This document shows, one piece after another, positions 26,526 through 39,784 of a stretch of DNA of 64,000 nt; positions within the stretch are counted from its first letter, which is position 1; each line of letters opens with the position of its first letter. Origin of the DNA: the human T2T-CHM13v2.0 reference genome, Homo sapiens. The stretch lies in assembly GCF_009914755.1 (NCBI RefSeq), contig NC_060929.1, one strand, 5' to 3'. The position numbers and the translations under genes are program-made. The notes beneath the pieces were generated by a model, which did no database searches, was not told where the DNA came from, and was given only the letters and a program-made list of their open reading frames with translations.

Positions 26526-28928
26526 AAGATAGAAGATGGATATGATTTTCAGTGGCAATAGCTCTTCTATAATGGGGGGAAATGCTCTCTTCCTGTTGTT
26601 ATAATCCTTGGGATTATGAATAGGAAATGACGGCAAAAAAAAAAAAGGTGAAGAATTTTAAGGGCTTTTCCAACTAACTGTGTGGTCTAATCTGAAATAT
26701 ATTTACTTTCCCATGAAAAAAATGGAGTAGAAAGTGTTTCTCCCGGGCATCACCTAAGGGACCTGAGAACCTCTGACTCTTTGATTTCCTTTTTGGCTTC
26801 CTAGGCTCATGTTTTTCAACTGCAAGTGCCTGGAGGTGGGCCGGGCAATACAAGAAGCCACAGGATAAACATGGTGACGCAGGGTGTCAGTGTTTCCTTA
26901 GGATCTGGGAATAGGACAAGAGGAAAAGGAAGAACTATTATATATCTCATATGCCTTTTATATCTGCTAATTAGTATTTAATCTGTTTTAAGTTGAGATT
27001 TAATTCACAAACCATAACATCCACCCCTTAAAGTACAATTCACTGGTTTTTAAGTATATTTACGAAGTCATGCAACCATTATCACTATCTAATTGCAGAA
27101 CACTTTTGTCACCCCAAATGAAAAACCATGCACATTAGTAGCCATTCCCCATTCTCCACTTTCCTGGCCCCTGGCAACTAGTAATCTACTTTTCTGTCCA
27201 TCAATTTGCCTATTCTAGACATTTCATATAAATGGAATCATATAGTATGTGGCCTTTTGTGTCCAGCTTCTTTCGCTTAGTATGTTTACAAGGTTCATCT
27301 GTGTATCAGTACTCATTCTTTTTTTTTATGGCTGGACAATACCATTGAATGGATATACTAACATGTTTATTCATTCATCAGTTGATGGACATTTGGGTTG
27401 TCTTTACTTTGGGGCCATTATTAATAATACTGCTACGAACGTTTGTGTACAAGTTTTTGTGTGGATATACGTTTTTATTTCTCTTGGGTATATACCTAGG
27501 AGTGAAATTGCTGAGTCATATGGTAACTCTATGTTGAACTTTCCAAGGAACTGTCAAGTTCTTTTCCAAATCAATTTACATTTGCACTAGCAATGTATGA
27601 GAGTTCCAATTCCTCCACATTCTCACCAGTATTTGTTATCTGTATTTTCAATTACAGGGATCCTAGTGGGTGTAAGTGGTATCTTATTGTTTTTATTTGA
27701 ATTTCTCCAATGACTATGGATATTGAGCATCTTTTCTCATGCTTGTTAACCATTTATTTATCTTCTTAGGAGAAATGTCTATTTAAATCCTTTGCCCGGT
27801 TTTTAATTGGGCTACTTATCTTTTTATTGTTGAGCTGTAAGAATTCTTTATATATACTGGATACTAGACCTTTGTGAGATATATAATTAGCAAATATCTT
27901 ATTCCATTATGTGGGTTTTATTTTCACTTTCTCAATAATGTTCTTTGAAGCACACAAGTTTTATAATTTTAATGAAGTTTTATTATGTATTTTTTTCCTT
28001 TGGCTGCTTGTGCTTTGGCTGTCATATCTAAGAAACCATTGTCTAATCCAAGGTCATAGGATTTTTTTAGGTTTATTGAGGTATAATTTATAAACAAAAA
28101 ACTGCACATGCTTAATCTATGTATTTTGATAAATTTGAACGTATGTATACATGCGATACCATTTAGTACAATGAAGGTACTAAACATATTCACAATTTTC
28201 AAAAACTTTCTTGTATTATTTTATGTGTGTGGTCTCTGTTTATTATTATATTTGTGTATGGTAAGAACACAACATGAGATCTACATTCCTAACATGTTTT
28301 TAAGTGCACAATGCTGTATTTTAACTATAGGTACTATGTTGTACAGCAGACCTCTAGAACTTTTTCATCTTGCATGACTGAAGCTTCATATCCATTGAGC
28401 AACAATTGCCCATTTTCACCTCATCCCAGCCCCTGGTAACCACAATTCTATTTTCTTCTTCTGGGTGTTTGGCTATTTTAAATATCTCATATAAGTGGAA
28501 TCACATAGTGTTTGTCCTTCTGTGACTGGCTTATTTCACTTAGCATAATGTCCTCTAGGTTCATTAATGTTACTGCAAATGGAAGGATTTCCTTCCTTTT
28601 TTTAGGGTGGAATAATATTCCATTGCATGTATATGCCCCCACTTTTTTTATCCATTCATCTGTTGACAGACATTTAGGTTGTTTCCATATCTCGGCTGTT
28701 GTGAATAATGCTACAGTGAACATGGTAGTGCAGATATATCTTCAAGATCCTGATTTCAATTCTCTTGTATGTATACCCAGAAGTGGGATGGCTAGATCAC
28801 ATGATCATTCTATTTTTAATTTTTTGAGGAGCCTTTATACTGTTTTCCATAGTGGCTGCACCATTCTCTACATTCCCACCAACACAGTAAAAAGGGTTTC
28901 AATTTCTCAACATTCTCACGAACACTTG

Positions 28929-29287
28929 TGATACGGTTTGGCTCTGTATCTCCACCTGAATCTCATCTTGTAGCTCCCATAATTCCCATGTGTTGTGGGA
29001 GGGACCCAGTGAGAGAGAATTGAATCATGGGGGTAGGTCTTTCCCATGCTGTTCTTATGATAGTGAATAAGTCTCATGAGATCTGATGGTTTTAAAAACA
29101 GGAGTTTCCCTGCACAGGCTCTCTCTTCTCTTATCTGCCACCATGTAAGATGTGCCTTTCACCTTCTGCCATGATTGTGAGGCCTCCCCAGCAATGTGGA
29201 ACTGTAAAGTCCATTAAACCTCTTTCTTTTGTAAATTACCCAGTCTCAGGTATATCTTTATCAGCAGCATGAAAATTGACTAATACA
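28929..29287 (+). mobile_element. THE1B-like solo LTR inserted in L1MA
   Basis: tgatacggtttggctctgt...tgtagctcccataattccc...actaataca, with perfect TSD acttg. Confidence 0.92.
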
Positions 29288-30478
29288 ACTTGTTATCATT
29301 TGGCTTTTTTCTTGATAATAACCATCCTAACAGGTGATATCTCATTGTGATTTTGATCTGCATTTTCCTGATGATTAGTGATATTGAGCAACCTTTCATA
29401 TACCCATTGGCCATTTGTATGTCTTCTTTGGAAAAATGTCTATTTGAATATTTATAATCAGCGGGCACTACGTTTACCATCAGAAATCTTCATTTTATAT
29501 TTCTATTTAAAATTTTTTATGTTTTATTAAAATTGCATAGATTTAAGGTGTGTGATGTGATGTTTTGATATACATATACACAGTAAACTGAATGCTACAG
29601 GCAAGCCAATTAATGTATTCACCTCTTCACACAATTACCTTTTTTATGGTAAGAATACTTAAGATCTACTCTCTTAGCAAATGTCAAGAAAGGTTATTAA
29701 GATTTATGCCTATGTTTTCTTCTAGGAGTTTTATAGTTTTATCTCTTGTGTTTAGGTCTTTGATCCATTTTCAGTTAATTTTTGTATATAGTATAAAGTA
29801 AGGGTCCAAATTAACTTTTTTAATGTAGATATCCAATTTTCCCAGCACCGTTTGTTAAAAAAGATTACTCTTTCTCTCATTAAATTATCTTAGCACCCTT
29901 GTCAAAAATCAATCAACCATTCTGGATTCTCAATTCTGTTCCATTGATCTATATTTCTATTCCATGCCAGTGCCACAGAGTCTTGATTAATGTAGCTTTG
30001 TAGGAAAATTTGAAATCTAGAAGTGGGAGTCCTCCCACTTTGCTCTTCTTTTACAAAATGGCTTTGGTTATTCTGGATCTTTTGCATTCCCGTATGAATT
30101 TTAGAGCCATCTTGTGGGTTTCTGGGAACAAAAGCAACTTGAATTTTGATAGGGATTGAATTGAATCTGTAGATCAATTTAGGGAATACTGCTGTCTTGA
30201 CAATATTAAGTTTTTCAATCAGTATTAAGTATTGCCATTTTAACAATACTAAGTTCTTCCCATCTCAAAGAACATGAGGTGTACTTCCATCTGTTTAGGT
30301 TCTCTTAAATTTCTTCAATAATCTTATTGCTTTTAGAATATACTTTGTGCTTCATTTGTTGGCGTTATTACTAATATTTTATTCTTTTTGATGCTGTTAT
30401 AAATGAAATTGTTTTCTTAATTTCATTTCCAGAATGTTCATTTCTAGGGAATAAAAATACAATTGCTTTTTGTATATA

Positions 30479-30759
30479 CAATTGTGCATTGGTATCTGTG
30501 GGGGATTGGTTCTCAGACCCCCAGAAATATCAAAATTTTAACATACTCAAGTCCTGCACTTGGCTCTTTGGAACCCATTTATACAAAACATCTGGCCTCT
30601 ATCCACAGGTTTCACATCCCATGAATTCTGTATATTTTATCTGCATTTGGTTGCAGAAGTAGAACCTATGGATATCAAAGGCTGATTGTATTTATTGAAA
30701 AAAATCTGCCTTTAGGTGGGCCCACATAGTTTAAACCCATATTTTTCAAAGGTCAACTG
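30479..30759. mobile_element. MER2-like Tigger MITE
   Basis: ggtatctgtgggggattggttc...caaaggtcaactg, with TA on both sides. Confidence 0.8.
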
Positions 30760-30869
30760 TATGTCTTATATCCTATAACCTTTTCAAGCTAGGTAACCAT
30801 TAGCACTAACACTTTTTATTTCTTGGTGGATTCTTTCAAATTTTCTGTATTCAAGGTCATGACTTTTTG

Positions 30870-33190
30870 TTCCTCCATTCCTCCATAACTGACTTTTTTA
30901 TGTTCAATACACACTTTTTGTATCTTTTCACTTCCTTGTCATTGTTTTACTATATATTTTTGAGTTATTTCCTTAGTGGTTGCACTGGTGATTATTACTT
31001 AGTTTATGATAATATAATTCAGATTAATACCAACTTAATTGTAATCATACATAAAAACTTTGTCCCTACATAGCTTCATTCCTTCTCCCTTCCTTTGTGC
31101 TTTGTCATAAAAATCACATCTTTCTATGTTGTATACCCATCAACACATGAATTTATAATTATTGCTTTATTTACGTATGTACTTACTTTTACCGGTGTTC
31201 TTTATTCATGTAGATTCAAGTTACTATCTAGTGTTGTTTCATTTATGCCTAAAGGAGTTCCTTAGCATTTCTTGCAGGCAAGGTCTGCTTGCACGAAATT
31301 ATCTGTTTTTGTTTATCTTTAATTTCTGAAAGATAATTTTGCTAGATATAGAATTCTTGGCTGAAAGATTTTTTCCTCCTTTCAGTATTTTCAGTACTAT
31401 GTCATCTCACTGCTGGCGTCTATGGATTCTGATGATAAATCAACTGTTAACTTCACTGAAAATCTCTCATATGAGATGAGTCTCTCTCTCTTGTTGTTTT
31501 CAAGATTTGTCTTTCAATGATGTGATTATAATGTGTCATCTTTGAGTTTTTGAATTTACCCTACTTCAATTTTCTCGAGCTTCTTGGATATGAAGATTAA
31601 TGGTTTTTATCAAATTTGGAAAACTTTGAACCATTATTTCTTTAAATACTCTTTCTACTGCTTTCTCTCTCTCCTATCTTTCTAGACACCTCCCATTATG
31701 CATATATTCTTGTGCTACAGAGTGTCCCACAGGTCTCTGAGGCTCTCTTTATTTTTCTTCATTGTTTTTTCTTTCTGTTCCTCATCCTGGATAATCTCAA
31801 TTAACACATCTTCAAGTTTGTTGATTCTTTCTTTTATTTGCTCAAATCTTCTATTGAGCTTCTCTCGGGAAGGTTTTTCAGTTATTGTGCTTTCAAACTT
31901 TAGAATTTTTATTTCATTATTTTTTATATGTAATTTCTATTTATTGGTATTATCTATTTTGTGAGACATTTTTCTCACACTCTCCTTTAGTTCTCTATAC
32001 ATGGTTTCCTTTAGTTCTTTGAATATATTTTAAGTAACTGACAGTATTTTGTCTAGTATGTGCAACATCTGGTTTCCAAAGGGACAATGTCTATTGGCTG
32101 CTTTTGTTCCTGTATGTGCCATAATTTCTTGCCTCTTTGTGTGTCTCATACATCTTTGTTGAAAACTCAATATTTAAAATAACATCATGTGGCAATTCTG
32201 GAAATCATATTCCCTCCCCCACCCTTCCCAAGTCTCCAAGGTTTGTTGTTGTTTCTGTTTTATTGTAGTTGTTGATTTAGTTTGTTTACTGACCTTTCTG
32301 AACCAATTCTATAATGTCCATAATCTTTGTCATGTGTGGCCACTAAAGTGTCTGCTTATGTTTGGCCAGTTAATATTTAGGCAGAACTTTTCCTAAACAC
32401 CTGGAATCAATAAGTATCCCTGTCTTTGCTTAGGGGTTTATTGTGTGTGCTAGGGGATGCCTTCAACATTCAGCCAGGCAGTTTACAGCTCTGTCTAAGC
32501 CTTCACTCCCTGCTTGTGCAAAGCATCAAAGTCAGCCCAAGTTAATGCCTTAGGGCCTTCTCATGTCTTTCCTGAGCACCTGCACAGCTCTAGGCATGGA
32601 CACATGACTTTGTTCTTTTAATTCCCAGGAATATGTAGGAGTTTTTCAAAGTCCCTGTGGACAGCTTATTTTTTATTTTTATGCTTTTTAGTTAGTCTAT
32701 TGTTTACCCCAACTTTTATTCACCATCTCAAGCAGCTGTGGATTTAAGCAGTTGTTTGTAATTGTTTTTCAACAACCACTCTGAGGGAAAGGCTATTTGG
32801 ACAGGGCAAGCTCCAAGTCAGTTCAAAAACAGACAGCCTTCAAGTGGGGTCCTTGAAAGACATACTGACAGTCAAATAATGACAATTCTTGGAAATGAGC
32901 TTTAAAAGAGCTCAAGCTCTATTCTGCTTCTGCCAGTTGCTGCCAGGCTACTGGTTTCAAAGGTAGGCTGGTAAGCAGTGGGTAGGTTTTTACCGAGTCA
33001 AAATACCACAAAACTTACTGTTCTTAGCAAGATTCAGCCATTTTTGTTCAGTAAGTGCTCCCAGGATTAGTTCATTTCCAGAGCTCTGAAAAAGTTGATG
33101 CTGACAATTTTTGCCTGTTTCTTATTATTTTTATGAAAGATGGAATTTTTAGAGGTTCTTACTCTACCATTTTTGCTGGTATCCATGACC
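30870..33190 (-). mobile_element. Old L1M ORF1/5' region
   Basis: T-rich, with ctgaaagataattttgctagatatagaattcttgg and gtgtcccacaggtctctgaggctc. Confidence 0.65.
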
Positions 33191-35073
33191 ATTATTTTTA
33201 TATTAAAACTAATTTGGACATTTTATGGAATAGGATGCAAAAATCTACATAACTTAGTAAGGATGTAATATAAAACTTCAAAGACATTGAACTCTACTAG
33301 CAGTAGACATCTCCACTCTGTATTCAGTACTTACATGAAGTTGTGTGACTGTATCTCACAACCAGATCCACAACCCTACGGAAAGTATGCATGTAAAATG
33401 TACAAATGTACATATGTAGAACATATGTAGAATGTAAGTGTCCTCCCTCTTTCTACCTACCGAGTGCTAAAGGAAGAGAACCAAAAGGAGATTATCTCTT
33501 ATAACTTGGTAAATTACATCGTCTACCTTTACAGCTTACAACTATTCATATTTACCTAAAGTTGCTCTTAAGAATTCTTGTGAACTGATTAACTCTCTGT
33601 CTCTGTCATATCTTTTGGCCCAAAAAAACTGACTGATGATCATTTACATGAAATAAAATAATATTACTCTAGCCTATGATGTTTAAATTAGACACAAACT
33701 TTTACCAAAAATGGCTTTTTACATCCCATTGGGTGCAAATAGGCAATCAAGAGACTCTACAATTACTCGTTATTTAAAACTGTTGTATTCAAATGAGAGT
33801 TTCTTAGTTTTAAAATTCTGTCTGAGAATTTTGTGTGGAAACTGACCATGTGGTTCTAAGATTTCAGAATGTACTAAGCCCCAGTCAATAGAAAATCTTC
33901 ATTCTATCAAATACTTACAGAACTGTAGTGGGCATAGTTCCTCACTTAGCTTCACCATGTGCTAGTACTTTGACCAGCAGAAAGCAAACAGCCCGGGGCC
34001 ACCTAGGGAAACAGACTTACATTACTCCAGACCATGGTAAACAGATGTGTTTGGTCCACTGAGCTTTGAACCCCGAAATTACACCACACACAGACATAGT
34101 CAGAGAGTTGCCAGAGGTTACAACACACACATTCTTGGCACCATTGTTCTGATTGACTCAGGCCAGTGGAACATCTTAAGCTAGTGGTAACTCAACAATG
34201 ATAATGGAAGAAATGAAGGTAGCCAGTTCAGGCATGAAAATCCCTCTCCTGCTACTGATACCTCCTGAAAGAAGAAACTGGCAAGAAGGACTGTCACAGT
34301 TGGTTACAATACTACTTCACCTTTCAACAACTCAGTCATTCCCACACCCAGTGTGCAGTGCGCATGCCACTGAACTCTGCACAGAAAGAACATGAAGGTG
34401 GGTAAGGAGGAAAGCAAGCCAGTAAAGACTGAGAACCTGGGAGGGGTCAAGCCCTGAGGTGAGAATGAGGGTGAGCATGGACCCAGGAAAAGGGAGACAA
34501 GTAGAGGAAGTGCTGGGTGTCCTGTAGCTCACTGAGCCTGTGAAGCATTGTAGAGGGCATTGGGAGCCAAGCCTAAGCCCCCTACTTCCCTGTTTCCAAC
34601 AATAAAGATGGAGTTTCTGAATTTCATTTGACTCTAGGGAGATCTGGAATTGTTCCAGGAATATTTCTGTTGGCTGCTATGAGAGAGAATAGGGAACTAA
34701 TTATTGGAGGTTTAAAAGCATTTGGGCAAGAACTAAATACATTCATGTTTTTATCTGTTTTCAAAGTTTACTTTAAAATTTTTTATGAGCACATATATCA
34801 GATATAAAACAATCCCTTCTGTTATTGCTAAATAAGAACTGTCAAGGAAAGAAACTTGGTTGGATCTGCTGGACATAAAAGAGAGAAAATGTGACCTTCA
34901 GAGTGCATCACCCTACCTAAATTGAACTTTAGCCAGGCAACAGGGTAAACAGAAATTTTCAGGGAAAATGTAACAGTCCTAGCCTGGAAACATCTTCTGT
35001 GATTCCAAGTTCAGACAGTTTCTTTCTGTTGGAGATGATGTTTTCTCTTGCAATTAACAAAAGAGCACCCATC

Positions 35074-35508
35074 TGTATTAGGGTTCTCTAGAGAAACAAA
35101 ACCAATAGGAGCTATACATATTTATAGATAGGTAGATAGATAAATACAGTTATGTTAAGGAATTGGCTCATGCAGTTGTGGGAGGTGGCAAGCCCAAACT
35201 CTGCAGGGCAGGTGTCAGGCTAGGAGACCCAGGGAAGAGGTGATGTTGCATCTTGGAATCTAAAGGCAGTCTAGAGGAAGAATTCCCTCTTTCCTGGGGG
35301 CCTTCCATCTTTTTTCTCTTATTGCCTACAACTGATGGGATGAGGCCCACTCACATCATGAAGGGTAATCGGCTTCATTCAAAGCCTACTGATTTAAATG
35401 TTAATCTCATCTTACAAATGCCTTCACAGTGACATTTAGACTGTCATTTGACCAAATATCTAGGTACCATGGCAGAGCGAAGTTGACACAGAGAGCTAAC
35501 CGTCAAAC
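35074..35508 (-). mobile_element. MLT2 (ERVL) LTR
   Basis: tgtattagggttctctagagaaacaaaaccaatagga...aaggaattggctcatgcagttgtgg...aagttgacaca. Confidence 0.8.
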
Positions 35509-37939
35509 AAACCATTGTAGTGCCTTTGGTTCAGGAGCAAGACTTTGACTATGTCCTTTGACTTCAGGAGTTGAACTAGAACAGGAGCAGAGCTTGGCGT
35601 GCCATAGGAGCCTGCCGCTGTGAGTGCCTTCATGGGATTTCAAAAAAAATTTCCTGTTGTTGGTTTAATTTATGAAAGCTTTATATACCTAATTACAATC
35701 TCATTGAAAGCTTTTTCCATATGGCCTGTTTAATTTAAAGTTTTGATGAGGAGTTACAGGAAAAATAAGACGTAATGAAAGGATTGAGCCAGGGAAACAT
35801 CCCTAATTCCCACATTCATTAGCATGTTTTGCATTTTGTGAGCACTCTGCATGTGTCTTTATTTTCCCAGGGCCAAACCATACAGAAACAGAAGGGCTAC
35901 CAGAGAAAAGCGAAGAGTGGGTGGTATGCTGGAGCAAGCAGAGAGACTCCCACAAGGGAGAGAAACTCAGGTTAGCGAGATCTCCACATTTTCAATAACG
36001 AATAACAAAGCCTGTTCCAATGGATCATTTAAGAGCCATGTTAGCTGAAAGAGATTTTTTTACCCATGGTTTTTGAAACACCAATCACCTATTAAATGGC
36101 TGAGTGCTTTTGTTGCTCAATATCAAATATTTTGGAATATTTTTTCATTGTCAAAAGTTGCAGTTTGTTCCTTTCTTCCCAAAAGTTTGTTGTTTAAAAA
36201 AATAAAAAACTTTGCCTCGCCAAAGGCAGAAGGATTGCATGTAAATCTTCCATTTAGCAGTTCAGGGGACTTCATTCCTCAGTGTGCTTCTTTTAAAGAG
36301 AACAAAGCACCTTTTCGCTTCTGCACTTACTGCCTCATTTGTTCTTGCTCTTTGCTTGTGCTAAAACTGAAGCTCAGACAAGTTAAGTGATGACTGTTTG
36401 ACCTTGACTCCAGGAGGCTGTCATCTATATCCATTCTCCCTTCCCAGGGGCGGTCTCTTTGGGATCACTTCTAATACCCACTCTCTGGGAATCACGGGAG
36501 CTCCGGGGCTGAATGCGTGTAACAGAGATTTTTCCATTGTATGTTTCACATTCACCTAAAGCACAGAATGCCTGAAAGCAAAGACAGTGCTCTCCTTTGT
36601 GAGACACTTCAAATGGGAGAGTCAGAGGACCTAACGATTGAGCCTCACCTGAGGAGGTGATGTGTAAATGCAAGGGAGTGGTTTGGGACACAGGTGAAGA
36701 ATGAATGAAAATCAAGAAACAATTTAAAGTGGAGACGAGGTACGTTGGGGAGCTCATGTAGAATAGCCCCAGTCTCCCGAGATGAGGTAAGTAGAAGGTG
36801 TGAGGATGGCGAGGAAATGAATGTGAGTTTGAGTTAAACACGTTTGGGCTGGTCACTGCAGCTGATGTATGGCAACTGGTCAAAAGAATTGCCACACAGC
36901 CTGGCTTCCCAGCGCCCTCTCCTCTAGTGTTTGGCTGCCCAGGAGCCACAGCACAAGGAGGTAGCAAGGTCGCTAAAGCACAGGTTCAGCAAGCTTGACC
37001 ATGAGTTCTAGACTAGAAAAGAGGCAAATAAATAAATAAAAGGCAAGAAAGAAGCCAACTGACAACAAGGGAGAAGTTTTAGAGGCTAAAGCCATAAATG
37101 AGGTAAGCCATGGCAGGAGGGCTCTGAATACCCACTTTCTTTCCTGAAACACCTTCCTGTACCAATCATCACCATACGTCCTTATGAGTTTTGACTACCC
37201 TGAACACGCTCTTCTCTTCCTTCCCTTCTACTTAAATGCCCTTCCCATCCTTTAAGTTTCAACTCAAGTCCTACTCACTCCATGAGGTTCTCCTACTTGT
37301 TTTTAGATTTTCTGCACTCCTTCTCTGAACTCCTTCAGAACATTTTTCTAGGACACTTAAATTATTTCAGAATTATAGTCTTATGTTGTATCCTTTGTAT
37401 AGATCTCATTTACCTGTGAGAATGCAACCTCTCTAAGGATAAGAACTGGGCTTCCCTAACATGGTCAAACGCTACTTTAACCCAAACATGCTTAACTTTT
37501 TTAAGTGTTGGTTAGTTATCCAGTAAATAAATGACATTACTACCATAAACTTATTTTGAGACTATTTGGTGAACTTTGTCAGATTTTTGATGTTTGAGAA
37601 TTTGCAATATGCGTCCCAGTCACCCATGAAATGTTTAAAATATCTGTCAAATAATTCTTATTTCCAATATTACTTATCTCTATAAACCATTTGCCCCTAA
37701 TAAAATATTCATGGGAGCAGGGATCCCAAGCATTCATTTGCACAGTTATTAAACTATGACAGAATCAAAAGAACCAAGATTTTCTTCAGATGTTTTACAT
37801 TTTCTTGGATTAAAAAATTGAATAAATTTGTATTATCTTTTAATATGGTGACCAGCATCTTGCAATAAATAAATACTATGTGTTAGGTTATGATGAAGAA
37901 AAATTAGTGTATTGTACAGAGGGAATTTCTTCATGGACC

Positions 37940-38200
37940 ATAATGGCCGCCAAGAGGTCAACTCTGCCTCTAAGGAGCTGGTGGCCTTTCTCCCTCCGTT
38001 TCCCTGTGCGATGATGCAAGGGCGGACTTGCAGCTTCACAGTGCAGAGCAGTTGGAGCCCTGAGCCGTCCCGTTGCACCGCCGCTCTGTGGCCTTCCGCT
38101 AGTGGGCGCCGCTGAGCGGACTTCGGCGCTTCTGCCTCAGCGCTCCAGAGCCCCACAGCCTGCGTCAATTTCCAATCCTGACTGACGCATGTGGGGCTGA
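37940..38200. promoter_or_regulatory. Small CpG-rich element with CTCF-like, GC-box and CRE half-sites
   Basis: CCGCTAGTGGGCGC (38096-38109), GGGCGG (~38020) and TGCGTCA/TGACGCA (38161/38183), with locally retained CpGs in an AT-rich background. Confidence 0.55.
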
Positions 38201-39390
38201 AATGGCCAGGATTGTGAAAGTCGGTGGAATAATTCGATTCCATCAGCTATTCTAAAGGTCTGCCCTGGCCCTCTGGTTTTGAGTCATGCCCACACTAGAA
38301 GTTTGCAGTTTTGCCACCATGGCCTGTTGCCATTGAAACAAAGTTCATCCTTGGTGGAAAATGCTGATCTTCATAGAGCACTGCTGTCTTTTTTATTAGG
38401 ATGGTTAATCCCTTCCTACATGTTCAGGGCGGGTACGGGCCTCCCTGGGCTTCTGGACTAATTTTCACACGCAAAAGCTTAGAGATGACTTGGGTGGTAG
38501 AAGTTCAGAGCGGGGAGAAAGCTTAGGAATCGTTCTAGTCAAATCCTCTTCTTTTACAGAAGAAAGTCCAGTCCAGAAAGAAGGGATTGGTCCCGTAGCC
38601 ATCCAGCCCCTCAGTGACTTAGGCAGGGTTGAAACTCGTAGATAACTGACAGGCAGAGGTAGCACCAAAAAGGGACCCTCAACCAGAGGTTCCCAGCACC
38701 TTTCATTACCTTAACTGTGCTCTGGGAGCCTTCAGTGCTGTGGATGGGGTGTGGATTGCAGCCTGCCTTAGTCTGCTTTTGTGTAAGCCTTTATTGGCTG
38801 CTCAGTATGGGTCAAGCAGTGGACGAAGCTCTCATAGCATGTATGTCTCACTTAATCCGAGGCCGTGCCATCTGGTGCTACAGAGACAGGATCTGGAGCC
38901 AGCAGACCTGGACTCAAGTCCCAGCTCCACTTCTCAAGAGCCACAAGGATTTGGGCAAGTAACATCCCCTTCCCACACCTCCCTTTCCTCTGCTGAAATT
39001 GGAGACCATAGTAGAATCTCCCATTGGGTGAGATAAAGCATATAAACCACTTAGCACAGAACCTGCCTGATAGGAAGTACCTCAGGAATGTTAGCTTTTG
39101 TTTTTTTTATCAGTCTTACGCACTAGTTGTCTTCATGTTGATATTCATAGGAGCCAGCTAAATGTTCTATTTCACATCTATTATGTAAATGTACTATTAA
39201 AAGTGTATGCAGCTATAGATGTGTTAGTAACTGCATCGTAATCACCTCTATACAAATAATGTTTTTGTGAGATGAATGCATAAACCAAAATATTTTACAA
39301 ATTATTTGTAAAAAAAAAAGTCTATGATATTCTTCAAAAACAGATTATTTTCTCGTGATGACTCTCTTTGCCTCCAAATTTTAAAGTGTG

Positions 39391-39784
<394 letters not shown>

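Larger units (their letters stand above)
26985..30860 (-). mobile_element. Nested L1MB/L1MA block
   Basis: L1 3' ends start at ~26985, ~28065 and ~29505. ORF2 C-terminal ORFs at 28487..28723 and 29902..30246. Confidence 0.8.

Noticed and set aside
33900-34400. Possible degenerate retroviral internal or coding remnant
   Set aside because: I could not identify any motif with confidence.
36425-36967. 180-aa minus-strand ORF
   Set aside because: It has a non-ATG start and no recognisable domain, consistent with a chance open frame.
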